A stretch of 37,964 nt of DNA. Source: a virus (taxonomy: Duplodnaviria > Caudoviricetes). Position 1 is the stretch's first letter, and each line of letters begins with the position of its first letter. Made by a program: the position numbers and the translations under genes. Location of the stretch: the IMG/VR virus record IMGVR_UViG_3300043747_000016, positions 1 to 37,964 of that record. The stretch is one strand, 5' to 3'. The notes beneath the pieces were generated by a model that saw only the letters and a list, made by a program, of their open reading frames with translations, had not been told where the DNA came from and did not search any database. Positions 1 to 8,267 of this stretch are shown here, piece after piece.

Positions 1-127
1 ATGGTATTAATGAAGGTTGATTTTCCGTTTCTGCCGGTACCATACAAGAAAAACATCACTTGTTCGGATATATCTCCAGTAAGCGTATATCCAATTGCTT
101 TTTGTAAAAAATTGATGATTTCATAAT
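1..127. repeat. Terminal direct repeat, copy 1 (assembly overlap of a circular contig)
   Basis: 1-127 is identical to 37838-37964. The primase frame reads through the junction. Confidence 0.95.
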
Positions 128-1538
128 TCGTAGATCCATCATCATTTTTAAAGATGCTTTCCATAAAATTAATCCAATGTGGACAATCAGTCTTTTTTTC
201 ATACTCAATTTCTGATATTTTAGTAAAAAGATAATCTCGTTCATGTGGAAGGAATTCACCTGTTTTCAAATCAATAACACCGTTTGAACAATTGAAAAGA
301 AATTTATGTGAATCGAATTGTGATTTCTTTACCGATACCAAAGGCCTTGCATCCAAAATACTGTTCATTCGTATAGAACGTTTTTCACATTTCCAAGCCC
401 ACTTTTGAACGGATTCATCATCTACCCTGTAAAGATCTCTGAATGTTTGTGAGGCGATTTTTTCAATCTCCCTCTTATTATCCTGTTCCCATTGTTTACC
501 GTTCCAAATAAGCCATTCTAGCTCGTTACAATACTTTAGATTTTTTCCGTGATGATGAATAAGCCGTTCGGCATTTCCTAATTCAGAGAGCATAAAAAAC
601 GGGTCTCTTTCTTCGAAAGTATCATCTTCGTTTTCCTCGATAAAAATTTCAAATGGTTCTTCTTCAAGATCAGCAATAGTCGATGTTGTGGAATTAATCG
701 CGTTCTGGATAGTCATTTCACCATATGTAAGCTGGCCACGCTGTTCATCCCATTTGTCACGAATTAATGACGATTCTCGAAACATCGAATCGATTTTGAA
801 AACATCTTTGTTTGTCCAAAAGGCTAAATGATTACATAAAGCTAAATCTGTGGAAGAATGGTCGCCGTTAATTAATTCACCTTCGAATAGATCCCTAATA
901 CTTTGACCATTTTTGCTGTTGAACATCTTTTCCCATAATTCAAAGTTTGATAAATTACTAATATTGGATTCTTTTTTAATGACTGTTTTTACAACCTTTG
1001 ATTCTTTTTCTTTAAGATACTTTTGGAATAAAAGCGCTAATTCATCCGTTCTTTCTACAACTTCATTCACATTTTGCGAGTTCCCAGTGAAAGTGAAATA
1101 TCTACCATTCCTGTAAATTTCCAACCCTAACTCTGGATTTTTCTTACCGGTTCCCTTTTGGATTGGTAGCTCACCTTTAACAATGATGTGGACACCATCG
1201 CCACTTGGAGAAAATTCCGTATAAGAATCCATCATTTCGATAACTTCTTCAGCTAACGATGAATATTCACCATCTTTGATACAGTGGTCTATGTCGATAC
1301 CAATGTATGGATCATCTTTTGAAAACATAAATCCGATACCATCATATCCACCATTCTTATAGGCAAAGATAGCACTGTGAAATGTAGACCATGTTCTTTT
1401 ATTGTTTGATTGAGCCATTTGCCCATCTACTTGATAAGGAACTTTGGTTGTTTTACCATCACGTTCTTCTTTTCGCCAAAGTATCCATTGCGGAACTTGT
1501 TTTAACTCATTGGGAATGTTGTTGAATTGGTATTTGAT
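1..1538 (-). CDS. P4-family primase/helicase, N-terminal part (prim-pol region, D5_N); continues across the junction, about 787 aa in total
   Basis: Manual translation gives IKYQFNNIPNELKQVPQWILWR...ELGNAERL...FNCSNGVIDLKTG...QKAIGYTLTG, in frame with track ORF 37012..37896. RBS GGGAGG lies 8 nt before ATC at 1538. Confidence 0.9.
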   Translation of the reverse strand, partial: MKYQFNNIPNELKQVPQWILWRKEERDGKTTKVPYQVDGQMAQSNNKRTWSTFHSAIFAYKNGGYDGIGFMFSKDDPYIGIDIDHCIKDGEYSSLAEEVIEMMDSYTEFSPSGDGVHIIVKGELPIQKGTGKKNPELGLEIYRNGRYFTFTGNSQNVNEVVERTDELALLFQKYLKEKESKVVKTVIKKESNISNLSNFELWEKMFNSKNGQSIRDLFEGELINGDHSSTDLALCNHLAFWTNKDVFKIDSMFRESSLIRDKWDEQRGQLTYGEMTIQNAINSTTSTIADLEEEPFEIFIEENEDDTFEERDPFFMLSELGNAERLIHHHGKNLKYCNELEWLIWNGKQWEQDNKREIEKIASQTFRDLYRVDDESVQKWAWKCEKRSIRMNSILDARPLVSVKKSQFDSHKFLFNCSNGVIDLKTGEFLPHERDYLFTKISEIEYEKKTDCPHWINFMESIFKNDDGSTNYEIINFLQKAIGYTLTGDISEQVMFFLYGTGRNGKSTFINT

Positions 1539-1580
1539 GTGATTTACCTCCCTTCAAGAGGGGAAAAACCCCCTCGTTAT

Positions 1581-1604
1581 TTCGTTTTATTCTCGTAAGA
1601 CGAC
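1581..1604 (-). repeat. Dispersed 9-6-9 dyad site B
   Basis: GTCGTCTTA CGAGAA TAAAACGAA, directly after the TAG at 1605-1607. Confidence 0.7.
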
Positions 1605-1760
1605 CTAAAGTTTTACATCAAACTCTTGTTTAAACCAATCTTTTATTTCCTCATACTCTTCCTCAGAAATGCCCCAATGTTCTATAAATTCCTTAAATGA
1701 ATACCGTCTGGCCTCTTTCATAAGTGCATACATAAATGTGTCTAATTTGCTTGGCTTCAT
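1605..1760 (-). CDS. Small hypothetical protein, 51 aa (MKPSKLDTFMYALMKEARR...)
   Basis: Manual ORF with RBS AAGGAGG; below the track cutoff. Confidence 0.75.
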   Translation of the reverse strand: MKPSKLDTFMYALMKEARRYSFKEFIEHWGISEEEYEEIKDWFKQEFDVKL

Positions 1761-1778
1761 TGTTTTTCCTCCTTTGGT

Positions 1779-1928
1779 TCACATATGTTTCGCTAATTTA
1801 AACCAATTTTTCATTGCTATAATGTCTTTTTCGCTCAAGCGTGTTTCTACTTGTGCGTTATTTGTATATATAGTTAGAACAATTTCTTTCTTTTCGTAAT
1901 CCATAATATATGATGATGGATTATCCAT
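1779..1928 (-). CDS. Small hypothetical protein, 49 aa (MDNPSSYIMDYEKKEIVL...)
   Basis: Manual ORF with RBS GAGGTGA. Confidence 0.7.
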   Translation of the reverse strand: MDNPSSYIMDYEKKEIVLTIYTNNAQVETRLSEKDIIAMKNWFKLAKHM

Positions 1929-1945
1929 TCTTTTCACCTCACTAC

Positions 1946-1969
1946 GACACAATTTGGTTCAAATAATCA
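1946..1969 (-). repeat. Dispersed 9-6-9 dyad site A
   Basis: TGATTATTT GAACCA AATTGTGTC, directly after the stop of 1970..2404. Confidence 0.7.
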
Positions 1970-2404
1970 TCAGAAAGGAACCGAACTATCATCAATTACA
2001 ATTTCCATTGGTGGTTCTGCTTGTGAAGGTTTAAACCCCTTAACTTGTACATATTTTTTACCGTTATATTCACGTTCCCCAACAACCAAGCGTAAATTTT
2101 TATGAAGGAAAAACTCAGCCCATTCTTTGAAAGAATTAAATTCTTTACCGTTTGGAAATCCAGCTGCTTTCGATGCTGATTGGAATCTCCACATGGTATT
2201 CTCTGAAACAATGAAGTTATCATATAGAATTTTACGAGCTTGGAAATCTTGATCTACATCACTACGAATCTCATAATCTACAGAAACAACATTTTTATCT
2301 GTGGATGATTTTTTAAGCTCAAAATTGATAACCGTTACTTCATATTCTCCTGGTGTGATTGATGTAAATCCTTCTTTAGCTTGGCTATGATCGATTTTAA
2401 ACAT
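1970..2404 (-). CDS. DUF669-like phage ssDNA-binding protein
   Basis: PGEYEV motif, acidic C-terminal DDSSVPF tail, adjacent to ERF. Confidence 0.75.
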   Translation of the reverse strand: MFKIDHSQAKEGFTSITPGEYEVTVINFELKKSSTDKNVVSVDYEIRSDVDQDFQARKILYDNFIVSENTMWRFQSASKAAGFPNGKEFNSFKEWAEFFLHKNLRLVVGEREYNGKKYVQVKGFKPSQAEPPMEIVIDDSSVPF

Positions 2405-2416
2405 TAATATTTCCCC

Positions 2417-2836
2417 CTAAAATTCAATATTTTCTTTTGGTTTTTGGCTTGCAAGGTTGCCATCGTCATCTTCATCAGATGTAATGCCAAACATTGCAGA
2501 TAAGCTATATCGCTTCAGGTAAGTAATGACACTCCCTGTTGCTTGTGCATCTTGTTTAACAGGTGTTGCAAAAATTGGTTCGCTTTCGATATATTCTCCA
2601 GAACTGTGAAGGATAACAGTTACCACACCAACTTTATTTTCTTGATTCATCGGATATTGAATGAAACTTAATCCATGCTTATTAGCAACTTTTGTAATGG
2701 CTTCTACAACGCTCTCAAGAGGAACGTAGGAACTTTTGAAGAATGGGTTAACCTTATCCTTTGAAGGTTGTTTAACATCCTTCTGAAAGGCTGACAATGC
2801 TTTTGCTAATTCAGCAATACTTTCTGATTTATGCAT
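2417..2836 (-). CDS. ERF-family single-strand annealing protein
   Basis: NPFFKSSY...L and GSVITYLKRYSL...DEDDDG motifs. Confidence 0.9.
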   Translation of the reverse strand: MHKSESIAELAKALSAFQKDVKQPSKDKVNPFFKSSYVPLESVVEAITKVANKHGLSFIQYPMNQENKVGVVTVILHSSGEYIESEPIFATPVKQDAQATGSVITYLKRYSLSAMFGITSDEDDDGNLASQKPKENIEF

Positions 2837-2885
2837 AATTCATTCCTTTCCGTGATATACTAAAAATGTAATATTTCCATATGGG

Positions 2886-3077
2886 CTAATCTTGCTCCCC
2901 AGCTATTAGCCCTTCGATGACTTTTTCAATTTCCTCGATTGTAGCTTCATGTACCTTGCTTTTTTCTTTCAGCATCACATTAGATTCTTCATTTGATTTA
3001 ATCTTGTCTAAATTTTCCTGAAGTTGACGTTGATGATATCTAAGACTTTTCTTTAATTCATCTAAGACAAGTTTCAT
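2886..3077 (-). CDS. Hypothetical coiled-coil protein
   Basis: Track ORF, translationally coupled to the upstream gene. Confidence 0.7.
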   Translation of the reverse strand: MKLVLDELKKSLRYHQRQLQENLDKIKSNEESNVMLKEKSKVHEATIEEIEKVIEGLIAGEQD

Positions 3078-3295
3078 TAATCCTCACCTTCCACACTGAT
3101 TGAAATATCGATAATGTACTGATGAATACATTCGTGATTTTGATGAAGATAAATTTCACCGTTTAGCGGAAGATAAAAGTAATCCTCATTCGCGTAAATT
3201 TCCTCTTGGCATCCTTCACATTCACCGACTACTTTCGGTTTATCATCTTTCCAAAGTCGATCGATGACCATCTTATTTTCAATATCCAAACTCAC
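3077..3295 (-). CDS. Hypothetical protein with CxxC...HxxC metal-binding motif
   Basis: CEGC...HQNHEC; RBS GGGAGG. Confidence 0.7.
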   Translation of the reverse strand: MSLDIENKMVIDRLWKDDKPKVVGECEGCQEEIYANEDYFYLPLNGEIYLHQNHECIHQYIIDISISVEGED

Positions 3296-3302
3296 AACCT
3301 CC

Positions 3303-3437
3303 CTAATCTTGTGGATGATCCATCATATAGCCCACAGTAATAATTTCCCTTAAACTTGTTGAATACTCGATAGTCTCATACTTTGTATGAAGATCCGCAT
3401 CAGATACGAGATTCAAAAGTACTTTGTTGATTAGCAT
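3303..3437 (-). CDS. Small hypothetical protein, 44 aa
   Basis: Manual ORF MLINKVLLNLVSD..., coupled to the upstream stop, RBS AGGAG. Confidence 0.55.
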   Translation of the reverse strand: MLINKVLLNLVSDADLHTKYETIEYSTSLREIITVGYMMDHPQD

Positions 3438-3632
3438 TTATTTATCTCCTTTCTTTGATTTCATACTGTTTTCTTGATGTTTCTTGTATTTATCTTTTGG
3501 TATTTCTGAAAAAGAAATGATTCTTTCTCTTTTAGTCGGAACAATTGGATGCTTTTTGATGTATTCCTGGCGTTCCTCTTCGGTCATATACCAAACAGTA
3601 ACTTTACCGTGCATGGTTTCACCTCTATTCAT
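3438..3632 (-). CDS. Hypothetical phage protein
   Basis: Track ORF; probable start MHGKV after GAGGTG. Confidence 0.65.
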   Translation of the reverse strand: MNRGETMHGKVTVWYMTEEERQEYIKKHPIVPTKRERIISFSEIPKDKYKKHQENSMKSKKGDK

Positions 3633-3810
3633 AAACAGTTAAGGAAACTTCAACATGATCAGATTCCACATTGTCCTGTATCAATTTCGCAATTTCTTGT
3701 TTTGCCATATGGATAAACTGTCTTTTGTGGAATGAAGATAAACCATTCAATTCCTCTATTTCTTCAGGATCCAATGTGTATTGAATTTTAATAGTGGTTT
3801 CGAATTTCAT
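3625..3810 (-). CDS. Hypothetical protein
   Basis: Track ORF in the early operon. Confidence 0.65.
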   Translation of the reverse strand: MKFETTIKIQYTLDPEEIEELNGLSSFHKRQFIHMAKQEIAKLIQDNVESDHVEVSLTVYE

Positions 3811-3904
3811 ATTTAATCGACGATTCCAAAAAGCTTAAATGCAACCATCCCAAGAATTATAAGGATGATAAAAACGACCCCAAACATAAGTTCACCCACT
3901 ATAT

Positions 3905-4021
3905 TCACCCCTTTACTTTCAATATTTCGTTCCACATCTTATGGCACTGAATAATGATGGAAATATCTTTCATTTCATAACCAGTTCGAAAGCTATTTAC
4001 TAACCAAGTTGGCATGCTCAC
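3905..4021 (-). CDS. CmpA-like small protein, 38 aa
   Basis: MSMPTWLVNSFRTGYEMKDISIIIQCHKMW...; RBS AAGGAGGTGA. The MPxWL-x10-KD-x3-I-x6-W pattern matches B. subtilis CmpA as recalled. Confidence 0.6.
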   Translation of the reverse strand: MSMPTWLVNSFRTGYEMKDISIIIQCHKMWNEILKVKG

Positions 4022-4092
4022 TATGATCACCTCCTTAAATGTATGAATACTTTTCACCGCAAATTTTGCATGTTTGGTAAAAAGAGAAGGCT

Positions 4093-4443
4093 TTATTCAG
4101 CCTTTGCATTCGCTTTATAAAACTCTCGAAGTTCAAAGAAATCTTCCATGCTGTATTCAATAATTCCAATCCCATATTCGGCAGTTTTTTTTAGGCAATC
4201 ATCAACCCGTTTTGTATTTGAGCAATAAGTAAATTCCCTGTAAAGCAGGCCATTTATTGTTTTGAATAGACAATACATATTAGATATAAAATCGTTATCC
4301 TTAATTACATAGGCAACTAATTCAGCTTTGTTTTCGCGATTCTCATTCACACCATCAATAAAATTGTTAATGAAATCCAATACTTTACCTTCACCAATTG
4401 CTTTTAACGGTTCAAGATCAGAAGCCAGATATTTTTTGTTCAT
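4093..4443 (-). CDS. Hypothetical protein
   Basis: Track ORF 4093..4464; better start at ATG 4443 after GAAGGTGAG. Confidence 0.7.
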   Translation of the reverse strand: MNKKYLASDLEPLKAIGEGKVLDFINNFIDGVNENRENKAELVAYVIKDNDFISNMYCLFKTINGLLYREFTYCSNTKRVDDCLKKTAEYGIGIIEYSMEDFFELREFYKANAKAE

Positions 4444-4543
4444 TTTTCTCACCTTCTTTTTCATTTTTTAAAATGATTGGTAATGAAGTTTTTCTAAGCA
4501 GCTGAAGCAGCAATTTTGCTGTTTCTTTTGATGGTTGGTTCAT
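4418..4543 (-). CDS. Small protein after cro, 41 aa (MNQPSKETAKLLLQLLRKTSLP...)
   Basis: Manual ORF with RBS AGGAGGG. Confidence 0.6.
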   Translation of the reverse strand: MNQPSKETAKLLLQLLRKTSLPIILKNEKEGEKNEQKISGF

Positions 4544-4554
4544 ATTACCCTCCT

Positions 4555-4917
4555 ATTGGTCAAAACAACCAATTTTAATCTAAAAAAATATCCTTTATAC
4601 TTACATTAAGTTTTTCAGCAATGTTTTTAGCTAATACTAAGCTTGGATTTCTTTTACCACTTTCAATGTGATTTAACCACCAATTTGTTACACCAACTGA
4701 TTTAGCTAGTTCTTTTTGCGAAATACCTTTCTTTTTGCGTATTACTGCGATGTTATTTTTCAATTATCAATTCCTCCTTTCTTTTTGTTATTGGTTCATT
4801 TAACCAATTTATATCTTGATTATAATTGGTTCTTTTAACCAAGTCAATAATAAAATTGGTTATTTAAGCAAAAAAGTTATTTTAATGAATTAATAACTTT
4901 TGGTCTTGTAAACCAAT
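4555..4917. promoter_or_regulatory. Switch operators TTGGT-N7-ACCAA (4555-4573, 4790-4808, 4825-4843, 4899-4917, degenerate copy at 4855) and sigma-A promoter for cro
   Basis: Repeated palindrome. Minus-strand TTGACT (4847-4842), 17 nt, TATAAT (4824-4819). Plus-strand TATAAT at 4921-4926. Confidence 0.8.
4575..4763 (-). CDS. Cro-like XRE HTH regulator
   Basis: SQKELAKSVGV...IESGKRNPS motif; divergent from the repressor. Confidence 0.9.
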   Translation of the reverse strand: MKNNIAVIRKKKGISQKELAKSVGVTNWWLNHIESGKRNPSLVLAKNIAEKLNVSIKDIFLD

Positions 4918-4934
4918 TAGTATAATGTTAGTAG

Positions 4935-5297
4935 GTGATTATTATGGGAATACATGTTGGTTTAAAAATAAAGGAACTTAGAAAAGAACATAAGGACACT
5001 TTGAAATCTTTAGCTGAAAAAGTTAATTATGATTGGAGTAATTTATCTAAAGTCGAAAGAGGTGTTTATGGTGCATCGGTTGACTTATTAAAAAAAATAG
5101 CGGAAGTATATAATGTTAGTCCAAACTATTTTTTCGATGGTTTTACTAAATCGGAAGGCAACCTTCTTGTGGAAGAAAGTATCGTACCTTCCGATCTAAA
5201 GAAAAAATATAATTTTGTTGTAGATGGGGTTGAAGCTACTGAGGAAGAGCTTCTTGAGGCAATAAAGCTTATTCGTTTGCTTCGCCCATCTGATTAA
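4935..5297 (+). CDS. CI-like XRE HTH repressor (no peptidase domain)
   Basis: N-terminal HTH (TLKSLAEKV...LSKVERG); divergent from cro. Confidence 0.85.
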   Translation: MIIMGIHVGLKIKELRKEHKDTLKSLAEKVNYDWSNLSKVERGVYGASVDLLKKIAEVYNVSPNYFFDGFTKSEGNLLVEESIVPSDLKKKYNFVVDGVEATEEELLEAIKLIRLLRPSD

Positions 5298-5451
5298 GTA
5301 TTTTATCCCTGTGAGCACATGCGGTAAGGATCATCGGACAACTAATGCATCTCACTTCATTTTTGAATTTGATGGAGGACAGTGTTTTTTTTGCCAATTC
5401 CGCAAAATGTTTTAAATCAATTATTTCTCTTTCGCTTTCGCTATCGTGCAT
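5269..5451 (-). CDS. Hypothetical protein convergent with the repressor
   Basis: Track ORF; RBS AGGAG before ATG 5451. Confidence 0.45.
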   Translation of the reverse strand: MHDSESEREIIDLKHFAELAKKTLSSIKFKNEVRCISCPMILTACAHRDKILNQMGEANE

Positions 5452-5487
5452 TGTAAACATCTCCTATTAACAAAGGTGGTAAGTTAT

Positions 5488-5718
5488 TTGTATGATGTCG
5501 GCAGATGTCTTTTGTCCGACAAACTTTTACAGGCACGAATGTCACAACAAGAACTAGCTGAAAGAATCGGTGTAACCAGACAACAAATCAATCATTATTC
5601 AAACAATCGAAGAATTATGACGCTGCATGTTGCTAAAAATATTGCTTTCATTCTTCAATGCGATATTGATGATTTGTACGAATGGATTCCTGTAAAATCT
5701 CGGAGTAAAAGACGATAA
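5488..5718 (+). CDS. XRE HTH protein
   Basis: MSQQELAERIGVTRQQI motif; TTG start after AAAGGTGG. Confidence 0.8.
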   Translation: MYDVGRCLLSDKLLQARMSQQELAERIGVTRQQINHYSNNRRIMTLHVAKNIAFILQCDIDDLYEWIPVKSRSKRR

Positions 5719-5838
5719 TGGGTAGATTTTCTATCTACTCGCCGACATTTGTATGTCAATTGACTTACCTATTTTACATGATATTTTACAATAATTGTGT
5801 GATGATTTATATATTTTTAAGTGTAAAAATTGGATTCA

Positions 5839-5872
5839 TGGTACAATTATACCATTACAAGAACAAATGTTC
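5839..5872 (+). promoter_or_regulatory. Extended -10 promoter and LexA (Cheo) box upstream of the integrase
   Basis: TGGTACAAT at 5839-5847; GAACAAATGTTC at 5861-5872. Confidence 0.7.
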
Positions 5873-5921
5873 TATTATTTTATTAAGAATAGGTTGAAAT
5901 TTAGTGAAGAGGAGTAACAAT

Positions 5922-7373
5922 ATGAAAGTCGCGGCATACATCCGTGTTAGTACACACGAACAAGTTGAGGAAGGATATTCAATACCTGCGCAACGGAATA
6001 AGTTGGAAGCTTATGCACTTTCTCAAGAATGGGAAATTGTCCAATTTTATGTAGATGAAGGGATCAGCGCCAAAGATATGGATAGGCCAGAGCTACAACG
6101 TATGTTGAAAGGAGTTAGAGAAGGATTATTTGACTGTGTGTTGGTTTATAAATTAGACCGTCTTACAAGGTCCGTAATGGACCTTTATACTCTTCTGGAT
6201 ACATTTGAAAAACATAACATCAAATTTAAAAGCGCAACCGAAATTTACGATACAACAACAGCAATCGGCCGCCTTTTTATAACCCTTGTTTCGGCACTTG
6301 CACAATGGGAAAGAGAACAGCTTGGAGAGCGTGTCAGTTTCGGGATGCAGCAAAAAGCAAAAGAAGGAAAATGGACAGTAAGCACTCCACCATTTGGTTA
6401 TATTTCAAATGATTCTCAATTAACAATAAATGCCTCAGATGCTGCTATTGTAAAAGAAATATATACTCTTTATCTCTCTGGTATGGGCATGTGGAAAATT
6501 GCTAAAAATCTTAACGATAGAGGTCTTAAAACAAAAAGGAATAAACCTTGGGGCCAAACTTCGGTTCACTATATCTTAACTAATCCAATTTATAAAGGAA
6601 CAACAAGATATAATTTTCGAGTTAACAATGAACAGTATTTTGAAATGGATGACGTTGCGCCAGCTATCATATCAGAAGAAGAATTTAATTTAACGCAGCA
6701 AATGATGGAAAATAGAAAAAGTGTTCATCCTCGTCAGGCTACATCTCGGTTTATGTTTAGCAAGGTTTTAAAATGTTCCCGATGTGGATCCACACTAATC
6801 GGTAAATCCTCCACAACGAAGAGAGGAGATAAAAAGTATTACTCTTATAATTATATTTGCCAAAATAAACTTCGCGGCACCTGTGACCTGCCAACCATCA
6901 ATGAAAATTTTTTCGAACAAAAATTTCTTGAGTTAATGGATAATTGGAATTTTAATGAATATGCCAATGAGATGGTTAATGAAGAGGTTGCTGTTTCGGT
7001 TGAAGATATAGAAAGTAGAATCAAGCAGCTGCAGGATGAATTAAAAAATATTGAAAGCCGCCGATCAAAATGGCAGTATGCCTGGGTGCAAGAAATGATT
7101 ACGGATTTGGATTTTAAAAAACGCATGGATGAAGAAAACGAAAAAGAAAAGATGATCCTCAAGGAATTAAATGAATTAACTCCAAAAGAATCATCCCCCG
7201 CAGATTCAAGTATAATCGATTTATGGACAGATTTAAAGTTGAATTGGTCATATATGGACCATCAGGCAAAGAAACAGTTTATTTTGATTGCTGTTAATTA
7301 TATCATTGTGGACAAAGTAAATATGAATCGTAATCCTGATTCAATTGAAATTAAAGAGGTTAAATTTAATTAG
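5922..7373 (+). CDS. Large serine recombinase (integrase)
   Basis: Catalytic YIRVST, DRLTRS, recombinase domain, Zn ribbon CSRC...C...C, coiled coil; RBS GAGGAG before ATG 5922. Confidence 0.95.
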   Translation: MKVAAYIRVSTHEQVEEGYSIPAQRNKLEAYALSQEWEIVQFYVDEGISAKDMDRPELQRMLKGVREGLFDCVLVYKLDRLTRSVMDLYTLLDTFEKHNIKFKSATEIYDTTTAIGRLFITLVSALAQWEREQLGERVSFGMQQKAKEGKWTVSTPPFGYISNDSQLTINASDAAIVKEIYTLYLSGMGMWKIAKNLNDRGLKTKRNKPWGQTSVHYILTNPIYKGTTRYNFRVNNEQYFEMDDVAPAIISEEEFNLTQQMMENRKSVHPRQATSRFMFSKVLKCSRCGSTLIGKSSTTKRGDKKYYSYNYICQNKLRGTCDLPTINENFFEQKFLELMDNWNFNEYANEMVNEEVAVSVEDIESRIKQLQDELKNIESRRSKWQYAWVQEMITDLDFKKRMDEENEKEKMILKELNELTPKESSPADSSIIDLWTDLKLNWSYMDHQAKKQFILIAVNYIIVDKVNMNRNPDSIEIKEVKFN

Positions 7374-7384
7374 CCTCTTTTTTC

Positions 7385-7430
7385 TGTGCCTATTATTCAT
7401 ACAGGGCATCTTGTCTGTACAATAGGCACA
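7385..7430. other. Putative attP
   Basis: 46-bp imperfect dyad (17/22 arm matches, outer TGTGCCTATT perfect) around central CA, just after the integrase stop. Confidence 0.7.
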
Positions 7431-7433
7431 TAC

Positions 7434-7646
7434 TTAACCGTCACATCGTTTATAAAGATCATCTAGCTTACAATTCAACAACTCAGCTAATAAATAGGCC
7501 TTATCCATCGGTATATAATTTTTCTGCAATTCATAATTCCTCAGCTGCCTTGTGCTGATCTCCAGCTTATCGGCAATAAAATCCTTCCGTAATCCACTTT
7601 CTTTTATTAGTTGCTCCAACCTGCAATGTAATTTCATATTCATCAC
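7434..7646 (-). CDS. XRE HTH regulator divergent from the FtsK operon
   Basis: GLRKDFIADKLEIS...LAELLNCKLDDLY motif. Confidence 0.85.
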   Translation of the reverse strand: MMNMKLHCRLEQLIKESGLRKDFIADKLEISTRQLRNYELQKNYIPMDKAYLLAELLNCKLDDLYKRCDG

Positions 7647-7657
7647 CTATGCTAAAT

Positions 7658-7682
7658 ATTCCATTTTTTAAATGAATTTCCT
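7658..7682 (-). promoter_or_regulatory. Sigma-H-type promoter
   Basis: AGGA-N17-GAAT. Confidence 0.55.
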
Positions 7683-7780
7683 CCTGAAATATTTTTCAGA
7701 TGGACATACATTAAAACTTCAGATAGGCCATACATTGTAACCATAACAACAAACATGTTTCAGGAAAGAAGGTTACTAAC

Positions 7781-7999
7781 ATGGTTATAAAACTGAATCA
7801 AAAGCCAATCGTGGTCCGTGAGGACAATGAGGATCAAAAGGATTTTAGCCCTGTTTATTTCGCTGTTAGCTGCATCGGGTACGCGTTGATTTTGTGGATT
7901 ATGGATTATTCTTGTTTTATGTTTTTTGGTCTTCATCCTTTTCCTTTTCTTAACTGGTTATTCAAAATCATCGGGGGTGTTTTTCATGGGATTGGTTGA
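7781..7999 (+). CDS. Small membrane protein
   Basis: Hydrophobic segments; RBS GAAGG. Confidence 0.7.
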   Translation: MVIKLNQKPIVVREDNEDQKDFSPVYFAVSCIGYALILWIMDYSCFMFFGLHPFPFLNWLFKIIGGVFHGIG

Positions 8000-8267
8000 G
8001 GGGATGAATAAAATTTTCGGTGTAGAATGCGATGAATGTAGTGTGCCATTTCCTAAGTCGATGCTTGTTTCATTCGAATGTGTTGGTTTTTCTAAGTATA
8101 ACGGCCGCTATTGTGCGCATTGTTATCAAAAGATAGCCAAAAGTTTTGGATTTTGTGATGATTGCGGCGATGAATACCCAAAAGAACATTTGTATAAATC
8201 AGTGATGGGACATAAAACGATACTATGTTTACGTTGCTTAAACAAGGAGGATGACGATGCGATTTAA
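7986..8267 (+). CDS. Zinc-finger protein (four CxxC)
   Basis: CDEC, CAHC, CDDC, CLRC; ATG 7986 after GGGGGTG. Confidence 0.7.
   Translation: MGLVEGMNKIFGVECDECSVPFPKSMLVSFECVGFSKYNGRYCAHCYQKIAKSFGFCDDCGDEYPKEHLYKSVMGHKTILCLRCLNKEDDDAI

Noticed and set aside
4066-4089. Possible extra dyad site CTTCTCTTT TTACCA AACATGCAA
   Set aside because: Suggestive position 3 nt after a stop, but both arms are degenerate and no upstream partner was found.
5693-5716. Possible extra dyad site TAAAATCTC GGAGTA AAAGACGAT (plus strand)
   Set aside because: Only one arm and the core fit, and it has no partner; left out pending a PWM score.
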